In this document: positions 55,101 through 64,000 of the stretch, piece by piece
Numbering within the stretch: position 1 is the stretch's first letter
Layout: each line of letters begins with the position of its first letter
Assembly: GCA_963697895.1 (NCBI GenBank)
Contig: OY969100.1
Span: 1,760,001 to 1,824,000 of the forward strand
DNA length: 64,000 nucleotides
Direction: 5' to 3'
Origin: an uncultured Methanomicrobiales archaeon
GTDB lineage: Archaea; Halobacteriota; Methanomicrobia; Methanomicrobiales; Methanospirillaceae
The notes under the pieces: model-generated
What the model saw: only the letters and a program-made list of their open reading frames with translations
Databases searched by the model: none
What the model was told of the DNA's origin: nothing
Translations under genes and position numbers: made by a program

Positions 55101-57699
55101 TATTGTTGCAAATACTCTGAACGGATCAGCTCTCAGCGGTACAAACGGGCATTTGAAGCTCGTCGGACCGGCGACCACCTCCGGTCAACAGCGGGTCGGC
55201 AATATCACGACAATCCGCCTGGAAGGCCTCCCATCGTATCCTGCAGGGGCATACAGTCTCTCCCTGAAAGGAAAGATCAGCGATATCATCCCCGAACCGG
55301 AACTCGAGGCTTGGATTGCGGCGAATACTGCGACATACACTGACAGCAACGGGAATGAATACTCCGGTATTCCCCTTTGGTATTTGCTTGGCTGGGTGGA
55401 TGATCGGATTCCTGCCGGTCCAAATGGGTTCAACGAGGCGACCGCGGCAGCCGGTTACAAGGTGATTGTGAAAGCGGGTGATGGCTACTCGAAGGAGTTC
55501 TCGAGCACGACGATCGGGAAAAACAACGATCTGATCGTCGCCAATATGCTGAACGGGACTGCTCTTCCGAGCGACGGAAGTCATCCGCCATGGCCGCTCC
55601 GGCTGGTTGGGCCAGGGGCGACCGGAAGCAACAGCGTCGGGAATATCGTGGAGATTGACCTGACCGATTTCCAGACCGTGCAGTACCCGCGATTCCCCTC
55701 CATATCATCAAGTACGGTCCTGACGGAACCACCATCATCAATCAGACGAACGTAACCTATCAGTGGATGGAAATAAACCTCGCCGTCATCGGGGACGGGG
55801 TAACTGCGTATAAGTTCGAGGGTCTCACGCTCAACTCCTCGAACCTGTGGGACCCCGAGGAGACCTATCCGGGGGGGTTCAAGATCTCGAACGTGGTGAA
55901 AGGAACCCGTGTCCATGACTTGGCTGAACTCGTTGGCGGGATGGGATCGGGAACAACGATCACCTTCGTCGCAAGCGATGGCTTCGAGACAACACTCCCT
56001 TACTCGTCAATTTATACCAACCCGGCGATCCAGTCCCGGCAGGGAGATGCCGTCCTTGCTTGGTGGGGCGATGGGCAGTACGTGCCCGGTTATGCGGATG
56101 GGATGCGCCTCTTCTTCATGCCGTCTGACCATATCTATGGCCAGTGGGACATGCACGAGACACTGCCATCCCAGTACTGGCGTTATAATTACCAGGATGG
56201 TGTCCAGTACCCGTCCTGTGCGGGGCTTTCTGCAAAGTACATCACCGCCATCAAGGTTTATTCCTCTCCGGAATCAGACTGGACCCTGAATCTGGACGGG
56301 CGGGATATCGGCGGGATCAATTATACCGTGAGCAAGCCATACTTCGAGGAGGCACTGGCCTGCCAGTTCGAGTCGAACCACAGTGCAACCTTCACCGATA
56401 GCAGCGGACGGGTATGGGAAGGGATGCCGCTCTGGTTCCTCTGCGGGTTCGTCGATGATGCCGACATGCATTCTGCTAACTCCTACAACGACACAAAGGC
56501 GCTCGCGGGTTACAATATCACCATCACCGGAACGGATGGGTACAACTATACCTTCGATAGCAGGGATACGATCCGGAGTACCAACTATATCGTCGCGAAC
56601 ACCCTGAATGGCACGCATATCAACGGATCGGATTCCAGCTGGCCGCTGCGGCTTGTCGGGCAGAATGTGACCGGCGGAATGGTGGTCAAGAAGATCGCGT
56701 CGATCAAACTGACTCCCCAGGCATCTCTTCCACCCGAAACCCCGACCATATCGGTCGTTCCTGCCAGCCAGTCGTTCCCGGTGGGGACGAGCAGGGAATA
56801 CCAGATCGTGATGAATTCCATCCCGCCGGGTCTCGCGGGGTATGATCTGGTCGTGACCTGTTCCAATGCAAGTGTTGCGGAGATCCTCTCCATATCGTAT
56901 CCTTCATGGGCCGGGTTGAGCAATAACACCGTGATTACCCCGTCATCATTAAAACTGAGTGCGGTGGATACAAACCGGCAGGTCCAGCTGAATGCAACGA
57001 ACGTGGTCCTCGCAAATGTTACCGTAAAGGGTAATGCGGCAGGGACGACCTCCATTGTTATCACGAAGGTGCATATGGATACCGATGGCGGGGGGATTAT
57101 CACCCCTGATATCGTAAACGGACGGGCAATTGTATTCAGCCCCCTGAATGCGGATTTCAGCGGGACCCCGAGGACCGGCATGGCGTCGAGGAATGTATCG
57201 CTCGACGTGAATTTCACGGATCTTACGACCGGGTCGCCGAATGCGACGGCATGGCACTGGGACTTCGGGACGCTCGGGAACGGCAACACATCGACGGCGC
57301 ATAATCCAAAGGCCCACTACTACGGGGTAGTAGGGAGTGTATCCGACTCCAGCCTCGTGAGACTCTACGGGAACCATACCGTGACTCTCATCGCGAGCAA
57401 TGCGTATAACCAGTCGACGAAGGTCCGGACGGATTATATCTATATCACGCCACTGCTGAAACCGTTCCCCGGGTACACTTTACTGCCGACAGATATGAAC
57501 AGCGACTGGATGATGGAGGACATCAACGGCAACGGAAACCTCGATTATGACGACGTGGTCGCGTATTACCAGAACATGCAGTGGATCCGGGACCAGGTCG
57601 ATGTCGGTGTCGAACCTGTACGACTACAACAACAACGGTCGCATCGATTACGATGATGTCGTGGTTCTCTACTGGATCATCCTGGACAGTCATCCATGA
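52102..57699 (+). CDS. Giant surface protein (about 1865 aa): type-A, PKD, 3x DUF4430-like, 3x type-B, type-A, type-B, cohesin-like, PKD, dockerin-like (frameshifts near 55680 and 57618)
   Basis: TTG start after GAGGTGA; shifted frames restore LHIIKYGPDGTTIINQTNVTYQWME and YDYNNNGRIDYDDVV. Confidence 0.78.
53068..54330 (+). repeat. Three tandem 435-bp repeats (DUF4430-like domains)
   Basis: NGTVTLTPGE at 53071, 53506, 53941; the first two copies are nearly identical in DNA. Confidence 0.92.
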
Positions 57700-57942
57700 T
57701 CCTTGAGAGTGAGTCTGAGACTGCCGGACATAAACCGGCATCATTTTTTTTTTGAAAACGAATAAGGGCAATCGGATCCTATTGAATGAGTGGAAATGAA
57801 TCACATACCCAAGTCATTCCGGATAAGCAGTATCTCACCCGTAAAAAGGACAGCCCTGATCCCCCATTCGGTGATCTCAGTTGAATTGTTCTGAATCCTT
57901 TTCCCGTCCGGATGGACGGGTTATCATATCTCGCGAGGGACC

Positions 57943-58830
57943 ATGAAACACGCAATCCTCATAATTATCCTGATATCAGCCGCAGCATTCGCGTGCAGCT
58001 GCTCCGCTGCACCGACTCTGTCATTTGATCCCGTTGAACTGACCCTGGACCAGGGATCATCGGGAACCGTATCGATTTTTCTCTCGGAAGCACCGGATGG
58101 CCTTGCCGGCTATGACCTTGTGGTCACCCTGGCAAACCCCGGTACTGCCCGGATCACCGCAGTCTCGTACCCGTCCTGGGCAGGACTGAGTAACAGTTCG
58201 GGTGTTCCCGGAGAGCAGGTCTTCATGAGCGGTGTCGACATCAACCGGCAGGTGCAGGCGGGAGCGACGGGTATCCAGCTCGCGACCATTACCCTTGAGG
58301 GAGGAACAACGGGCACATCCACGCTGACAGTCTCGGATATCCATATGGATGCCGACGGAGGGGCGGGGATTGTTCCGTTAGTGAATACCGGGACGGTCGT
58401 CGTGGGTTCGGGGGTACTCCGGTCACCTGGACAACGGTCCCGACGACGGCCCCCGTGACGACGACGGTAACCGCGGCGTCTTCGACCGGCTCATCGTCTT
58501 CTGGTAATGGGGGCAGTTCCGGCGGAGATGGAGCCGGAACCTCCTCTGCGGAGACCACTTCCCCCGTGACGGGTGTCACTACCGTGTCACTCACACCGCT
58601 CGAAACCCATGTTGAAATCCCGGTCAGCACGCCATCCGCCGAACCTTCTCCGGCAACGGCTGTGACCGGAGACGACGACTGGAGCGAGCGCACCCCCGGC
58701 AACCCTGCCCAAGTTACCGTCTGTGCCGTCAGCCCTTGCCGGAATACCGCTCCTCTGGCTGGGAATCGTGATTATTCTGATCATAATCAGCATTGTCATC
58801 CTGGTTCTCGCCATAACCAAGAGGATCTAA
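57943..58830 (+). CDS. Membrane-anchored cohesin-like protein with an S/T-rich stalk (compensating frameshifts near 58412 and 58668)
   Basis: Signal peptide; GLAGYDL..VSYPSWAGL..HMDADGG; C-terminal TM LLWLGIVIILIIISIVILVLAITKRI in the starting frame. Confidence 0.72.
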
Positions 58831-59063
58831 CTTTTTTTCCGCTGTCATCTCCCGAATTGAACTGAGGTTTGGGAGATGAACCGGCTTGATCGAAATGAAT
58901 ATCTAAAAGAATCGGGTCAAGTACGCGAATATCAGACAGACAACAGGTAATCAGCAGACTAAAATTGCCATTCGTCTCTTCGAGATTCGGCATTCATCGG
59001 TTCCCGTTAAAAAAACCTCTCCTTTAATGCATTATCCGTCGATTCATTCTTACTGGTGACGGA

Positions 59064-60370
59064 ATGGCGGATATCCGGACGGAACGAATGGACGGGATTC
59101 TCATCGTCGGCGTGGAAGGCAGGCTGGACGAGTTCGGAGCCGTGCACCTCCAGGAAGCAATGGAAAAGGAGATCCATGACGATGACCGGTCGGTCATCAT
59201 AGATATGGACAATGTACCGTACCTGAGCAGTGCCGGAATCCGGGTATTCACCGCCTGGAAAAAGCGGGTAAAGGAACGAGGGGGGATCTTCGCCCTATCC
59301 GGCCTGCAGGAATTCCCGCTCGAGGTACTCCACATGGCCGGGTACACTCCTCGTTTTCGATCTTTGCCTCCCGGCAGGAGGCAGTCGACGCATGCCTGAA
59401 AGGGGACGATCGCTCCTTGCTCCTGCACGAGATGGCGTACCCGGCTGTTACCCGTGATGAAGCAGTATACACGATCGAGCAGGGTCATTCCCGTAAACCG
59501 GCAGTGCTGAGTGTTACCGGCGATCTTGGGAAGCTGCTCTCCTCCCGCCTGACAAACAGCGATATCAGGTCGCTCCGGTTCTCGGATGCGGTCTACTCGC
59601 TCGGGCTCGGGGCGCTCGGGAAGAACATCACCGCAGCGATGCCGCTCCTCGGGGAGATGATCACCCTTCACGGCTCGATGGTCTGGGTGCCGACCGACGG
59701 GAACATGACCCCGGATTTTTTCACCCCCGCCCATGACACCGGCGAGGTCCGGATCTTTACCGGGTTCAACATTGCACTCCACGGTCCCTTCCACGATATT
59801 GTCACGGTCGAGAGCCGGGGGAACACAGGTTTCACGATCGCGGAACTCTACCGATCCCTCTTCTCGATTGCACGGGAGCGGAGGCGTCCGTTCTCGGGGA
59901 TCCTTTCGATCGTCATGTGGGTGATCGCGGGAGGGGTCCGGAGCTCGGAGATCCGCCACGCGCCTGTGCTCGAAAATGCCCCTCTCAATGAGAAGACCAT
60001 CATGGACCCGGAGAATTACGACGAGTGGAATGCCACGATCCGCGATCCCCGGTACGGAGGCGACACCCTGGTCAGTTTCGGGTTTGGGATCGATCTCTCC
60101 GGGGATCTCTCCTCCTTCGACCGGCGGGTTCTCGGGTCCCTGTATTACGTCCACCCGGATAACGCTGGTGAACAGAATGAATATCTCCATAACCACGGGG
60201 TCGTCTTCCGGGATATTCCCTGGGAACCGGAACGGGACCTCGATCGGCATATCAGAAAGATCGTGAAGGAGGGGGAGTTCGTGGATATGCGGCACCTGCT
60301 CGATGATACGAGGATCCTCCACGCGAAATGCGGGGTGTCCTATATCTCCGCGATCACGACGAACCGGTGA
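59064..60370 (+). CDS. STAS (anti-anti-sigma-like) domain fused to an uncharacterised C-terminal domain (frameshift near 59350)
   Basis: GRLD, IDMDNVPYLSSAGIR; shifted frame gives FSIFASRQEAV running into ORF 59417-60370. Confidence 0.72.
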
Positions 60371-60384
60371 TCGCGGAAGCCGTT

Positions 60385-60595
60385 TCCATACAACGAATCA
60401 TCGAGTGATATCTGTTTTTCACTCGACGAATTTTTAAAGAGGGGAATGGTTCCCCGCGACGAACCTTGATCGGTGTATCTGCTCCCCGCAAAGAACCGTT
60501 GAGGGATATCAGTTTCCACTCGACGAACGATTGAACAGCGAACCTTTTCCCCGCAAAGAACCGTTGAGCGTGGATCTGATTACGCTCGACGAACT
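60385..60595. repeat. Degenerate tandem array of seven units with a 32-33 bp period
   Basis: 13-mer cores resembling TCCMCKCRAMGAA at 60385, 60418, 60451, 60483, 60515, 60548, 60581; TCCCCGCAAAGAACCGTTGAG occurs exactly twice. Confidence 0.75.
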
Positions 60596-60684
60596 ATGGG
60601 AGTATACTGCTCTCCCCTTACCCCCCCTTGAAGATCTGATCCGGGGTTCCGGAACAGGGACGAGCCGGGCTTCAGACCCCTGTC

Positions 60685-61443
60685 TCACTCGTCTTGGAAT
60701 GCACCGTTGTACAGCCAGACATGGTCGAGATCCTTCCCCCATTTCCCTTCCGTCTTTCGTTCACGAATGACGCGGGCGGGAATCCCGGCGGCGACTGAAT
60801 TCGGGGGGACGTCCGCGGTCACGATAGCACCACCGGCAACAATCGACTGTTCCCCGATGGTGACCCCGGGAAGGATCATCGCCCCGGTGAAGATCTTGGC
60901 AAAATCCCCGATCCGGACCGGAGCATAGGTACGGATGGCATGGTCCGATTCCGAGTGGTTGTGCGTGAATATCCGCACGAATTCCCCGATTCCCACAAAA
61001 TTCCCGATACGGATGCCTCCTTTCGTGTCAAAAAACGAACCGCGGTTGAAGAAGACGTCATCTCCGAGGCTGAGGAACTGCCCGAAGTTGAACCGGACAT
61101 CCCCTTCCGAATTGAAGTTCTTCCCGCACTCGCGAAAGAGTTTACGGGCTATCATCCGCCGGAACGGGAATGCGACATTCATGGAGAGGGAGAGCGGCGA
61201 TCGGTCGAACGCATCCCATAAAAAGTGGAGGTGGCGTTGTTCCGGACTGAATGGACTCTCTGCCGCTTTCGGCAGGTATTCACTGTATAACCGCATCTCG
61301 TCGAGGAACGTCTTATGAACGGGAGGCAACTCCAGGAGGGATAGGACCCGTTCCGTCCCCCCGGTATCGGGGCCTTCATCCAGTATAGACTTCAGTTCGT
61401 CGAGCAGATCCGGAACGGCTCTTTCCGACTGGGTTTGACTCAT
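60685..61443 (-). CDS. Hexapeptide-repeat (left-handed beta-helix) acyltransferase
   Basis: APVRIGD, ILPGVTIG, VAGGAIVTADVP, AGIPARVIR; ATG 61443 preferred. Confidence 0.85.
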   Translation of the reverse strand: MSQTQSERAVPDLLDELKSILDEGPDTGGTERVLSLLELPPVHKTFLDEMRLYSEYLPKAAESPFSPEQRHLHFLWDAFDRSPLSLSMNVAFPFRRMIARKLFRECGKNFNSEGDVRFNFGQFLSLGDDVFFNRGSFFDTKGGIRIGNFVGIGEFVRIFTHNHSESDHAIRTYAPVRIGDFAKIFTGAMILPGVTIGEQSIVAGGAIVTADVPPNSVAAGIPARVIRERKTEGKWGKDLDHVWLYNGAFQDE

Positions 61444-61724
61444 ACCTATGGATAGGGGATGAATTATATGATAAGTAATCCCTCCTCGTGGGGGGATTGC
61501 CGGATGAGCAGCGGCGATTGATATACGTTCAGAACGCCTTGCGGGTGAATCTGCAATATCGGAGGTCGGGTTTACCCGATACCCGCCGAATCCCCGGATT
61601 TCCATTCTTGTTATCTCACTCCTTTCCGACAACGCCCGTCTTTCTTGAAAGACCGCCAGCCTCATCCCTTACTCACATGCAGACGAAAATCCTCATCCCT
61701 TCCCCGCGCCTATACTCCTGATCA

Positions 61725-62897
61725 ATGTACGACCTCGCCAGACTCCGGGAAGAGTTCCCCGTCCTCTCCTCCTGCGTCTATCTCGACAGCGCGTCCACGA
61801 GCCAGACCCCCCGGTGTGCGGTTGAAGCGATCTGCGACTATTTTTATCACTACGCGGGAAATCACGGGAGAGGTGCCCATCATCTCGCCCGGAAGACCAC
61901 CGAACGGTACGAAGAGACACGGGATATTCTGGCTTCGTTCCTCGCGGTGCCGCCGGACCACCTCGTCTTCACCCGGAACACTACGGAAGCCCTGAACATG
62001 GTTGCAAACGGCCTGTCGTGGAAACAGGGAGACGAGGTTATCACGACCGTTCTCGAGCATCACGCAAATCTTCTCCCCTGGATGATGCTTCGGAAGAAAG
62101 GGGTCCATGTCCGTATTGTGCCTCACCGGAACGGCTACATCGAGCCGGGCACCGTTCAGGAAGCGATCTCTGCACGGACACGGCTGATCGCCGTAACGCA
62201 TATGCCCAACGTCATCGGCACGGTGCAGCCGGTCGGGGAGATCGGGCGGATCGCCCACGATGCGGGGGTGCCGATCGTGGTCGACGGCGCCCAGTCGGTC
62301 GGGCATTTTCCGGTCGATCTCAGGGATATCGATTACATGGGCATCCCGGGTCACAAGGGGCTGCTGGGGCCCCAAGGCACCGGTGCGCTCTATATGCAGG
62401 ATACGGGCTCGATCGAGCCCTCCCTCTTCGGGGGAGGGATGGTCGAGCGGGTATCACACGAGGAGGTGATCTTCCTGCCTCCACCGGCAAAATTCGAACC
62501 CGGCACCCCGAATATTCCGGGGGTCATCGGACTCGGCGCCGCAATCAGGCTCGTGGAGGCGCTTGGTGTCGGTAATATTCATGCCCACGAGATGGCGCTC
62601 GGCCACCAGATCTTCCGGGGGTTGTCTGAGATACCCGGGGTTACCGTGTACAGTCCCCCCGGGACCGGTGTGGTTTCGTTCACGGTCGCGGGGAAGAACC
62701 CGAACGCATTCGCCCGGGAACTCGATGACTACGGGAAGATCTGCGTGCGAAGCGGGATGCACTGCGCGGAACCCCTGACCCGTTCGTACCATTGCGAGGG
62801 GACGATCCGGGCATCGGTCGGGTGTTATTCCACGGAAGAGGAAGTCCGTGCCCTGGTCGATGCGGTACGTGTGCTGTCCGGCAGCGGAAAGGGTTGA
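61725..62897 (+). CDS. SufS-like cysteine desulfurase, GC-rich paralog of 28174-29340
   Basis: YLDSAST, PGHKGLLGP, RSGMHCA. Confidence 0.92.
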   Translation: MYDLARLREEFPVLSSCVYLDSASTSQTPRCAVEAICDYFYHYAGNHGRGAHHLARKTTERYEETRDILASFLAVPPDHLVFTRNTTEALNMVANGLSWKQGDEVITTVLEHHANLLPWMMLRKKGVHVRIVPHRNGYIEPGTVQEAISARTRLIAVTHMPNVIGTVQPVGEIGRIAHDAGVPIVVDGAQSVGHFPVDLRDIDYMGIPGHKGLLGPQGTGALYMQDTGSIEPSLFGGGMVERVSHEEVIFLPPPAKFEPGTPNIPGVIGLGAAIRLVEALGVGNIHAHEMALGHQIFRGLSEIPGVTVYSPPGTGVVSFTVAGKNPNAFARELDDYGKICVRSGMHCAEPLTRSYHCEGTIRASVGCYSTEEEVRALVDAVRVLSGSGKG

Positions 62898-63041
62898 TCT
62901 CCCTTCCTTCTCTTCATCACCGGAGTATCCCGAATTCTCTTCCTAACAGGATAATTCTATATAAGACGAATGGCAAAGTGTCTTATACTCGCAGAAGGTT
63001 CAAGAGAAATTACGCGAGGCTCTGGAATCCGTTCGTAATGC

Positions 63042-63368
63042 ATGTTACAAGGAGATGATGTACTGCCCGAAAGGAAGAACAACAATCCGCCGGAAGAGAT
63101 CGTCAGGGTACGATTACCCCAGAAGAGAAACAGGGAATTGTTTGCGATCGCCGAACTGATGATGGGGGCCAACCACATCCGGGTCAAAGGGTATGACGGT
63201 GTCATCCGGATGGGCCGGATCAAGGGAAAGATCAAGAAGAAGGTCTGGATCCGCGAAGGCGACATCCTCATCGTGATCCCCTGGAGCTTCCAGGACGATA
63301 AATGCGACATCATCTACCGGTACACCGGGCCCCAGGTTGAGTGGCTGAGAAGCCACGGTTACCTGTAG
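63042..63368 (+). CDS. eif1a: Archaeal translation initiation factor aIF-1A
   Basis: RVRLP, MGANH, DGVIRMGRIKGK, WIREGD, PWSFQ, YRY. Confidence 0.94.
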   Translation: MLQGDDVLPERKNNNPPEEIVRVRLPQKRNRELFAIAELMMGANHIRVKGYDGVIRMGRIKGKIKKKVWIREGDILIVIPWSFQDDKCDIIYRYTGPQVEWLRSHGYL

Positions 63369-63468
63369 AATATCATTTTTCCCCATCGGTCGGAGAAGGA
63401 TAACTCTCTTTTCCGGGTCTTCTGATCGATGCGAATTATTTTTTTCATCAGCTCATCAGACGAACTGC

Positions 63469-64000
63469 TCATTGTTCTTTCTGTCTGATCGATACGGCGG
63501 GTACGTGGAGTTCGAACCGTGCACCCTTCCCGAATATCCCGGTTTCCCGTATCGTGATCCCGGTGATGGAGAGAATTTCACGGGACAGGAACAACCCCAA
63601 CCCGGTATTTTTTCCGTAATCCCGGGTGAAGATCAGTTCTTTCTCGGCATCCCGGATCCCTTCCCCGTCATCCTCGCAGAAGATGGTGAGCCCGTCATCC
63701 AAGGGTACGCATGAGAAACGGATCCCCTTCAGTGCCGGTCCGCCGTGCCGGATCGCATTCTCGATGAGGTTGTAGAAGACCTTTTCGAGGAGGAGATCTG
63801 CATAGACCTCGATTCCATCGGTATCGACGATGATGGAGGGTGTGGGTAACGGGAACTGGTCTGCAGATCTCTGGATGGTCTCCCGCAGGTCCTGCCACCG
63901 CGGTGCCTCGACCCCGATCTCCTGGTAATCCCGGGAGAAGGTGATCAATTCCTGTATCGTCTGTGCAGCTTTCTCGATCCGCTCGAAATACGAGTCTTTA
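63469..64000 (-). CDS. Sensor histidine kinase, C-terminal HATPase part (5'-truncated by the window edge)
   Basis: NLIENAIRHG, EDDGEGI, TGLGL, GARF boxes. Confidence 0.9.
   Translation of the reverse strand, partial: KDSYFERIEKAAQTIQELITFSRDYQEIGVEAPRWQDLRETIQRSADQFPLPTPSIIVDTDGIEVYADLLLEKVFYNLIENAIRHGGPALKGIRFSCVPLDDGLTIFCEDDGEGIRDAEKELIFTRDYGKNTGLGLFLSREILSITGITIRETGIFGKGARFELHVPAVSIRQKEQ

Noticed and set aside
60385-60595. CRISPR array
   Set aside because: The 33-bp period is too short for repeat plus spacer, the units are degenerate and related throughout, and no cas genes are present

Overview
Archaeal DNA, most consistent with a Methanomicrobiales-type methanogen (PolD large subunit with intein, SepCysS, aIF-1A, DUF1890/DUF1894, archaeal TATA and GGTGA ribosome-binding signals). 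It has four blocks. (1) 1-8.5 kb: HEAT-repeat proteins, DUF432-MscS, polC with a 165-aa mini-intein, an FkbM methyltransferase and tRNA-Leu(CAA). (2) About 8.5-30.3 kb: a visibly AT-richer sulfur-trafficking and cysteine/methionine island. It holds MoaE, a MoaD/SAMP, a ThiF/UbaA, IscU/IscS, a PAPS-reductase-family::desulfurase fusion, a radical SAM enzyme, NadA, an AIR-synthase-like protein, a ThiN-like protein, FdhD, LarE, a Cys-rich HTH regulator, tRNA-Cys, SepCysS, MetY, MetX-CBS, a ThrRS editing domain, ThiI, DUF1894/DUF1890, a SufS-like desulfurase and cysteine synthase. Every apparent promoter region of the island carries the palindrome TTCACAATTGTGAA (6 perfect and 3 near-perfect copies, none seen outside it), which points to an apparently uncharacterised sulfur regulon. 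(3) 31-38 kb: DUF1003, Ppx, pstS-pstC/A-pstB-phoU. (4) 38.8-58.8 kb: a 20-kb cluster of exported proteins built from about 11 divergent molybdopterin-oxidoreductase-fold domains plus PKD, PEGA, DUF3344-like, DUF4430-like, three cohesin-like and one dockerin-like domain. It surrounds a WtpABC tungstate transporter and a secreted phosphoesterase and is a candidate cellulosome-like surface system for W/Mo or cofactor scavenging. The window ends with a STAS protein, a 33-bp-period repeat array, an acyltransferase, a second SufS paralog, aIF-1A and a partial histidine kinase. About a dozen single-base disruptions suggest uncorrected sequencing errors. Domain calls were made by eye from motifs and were not checked with profile searches.
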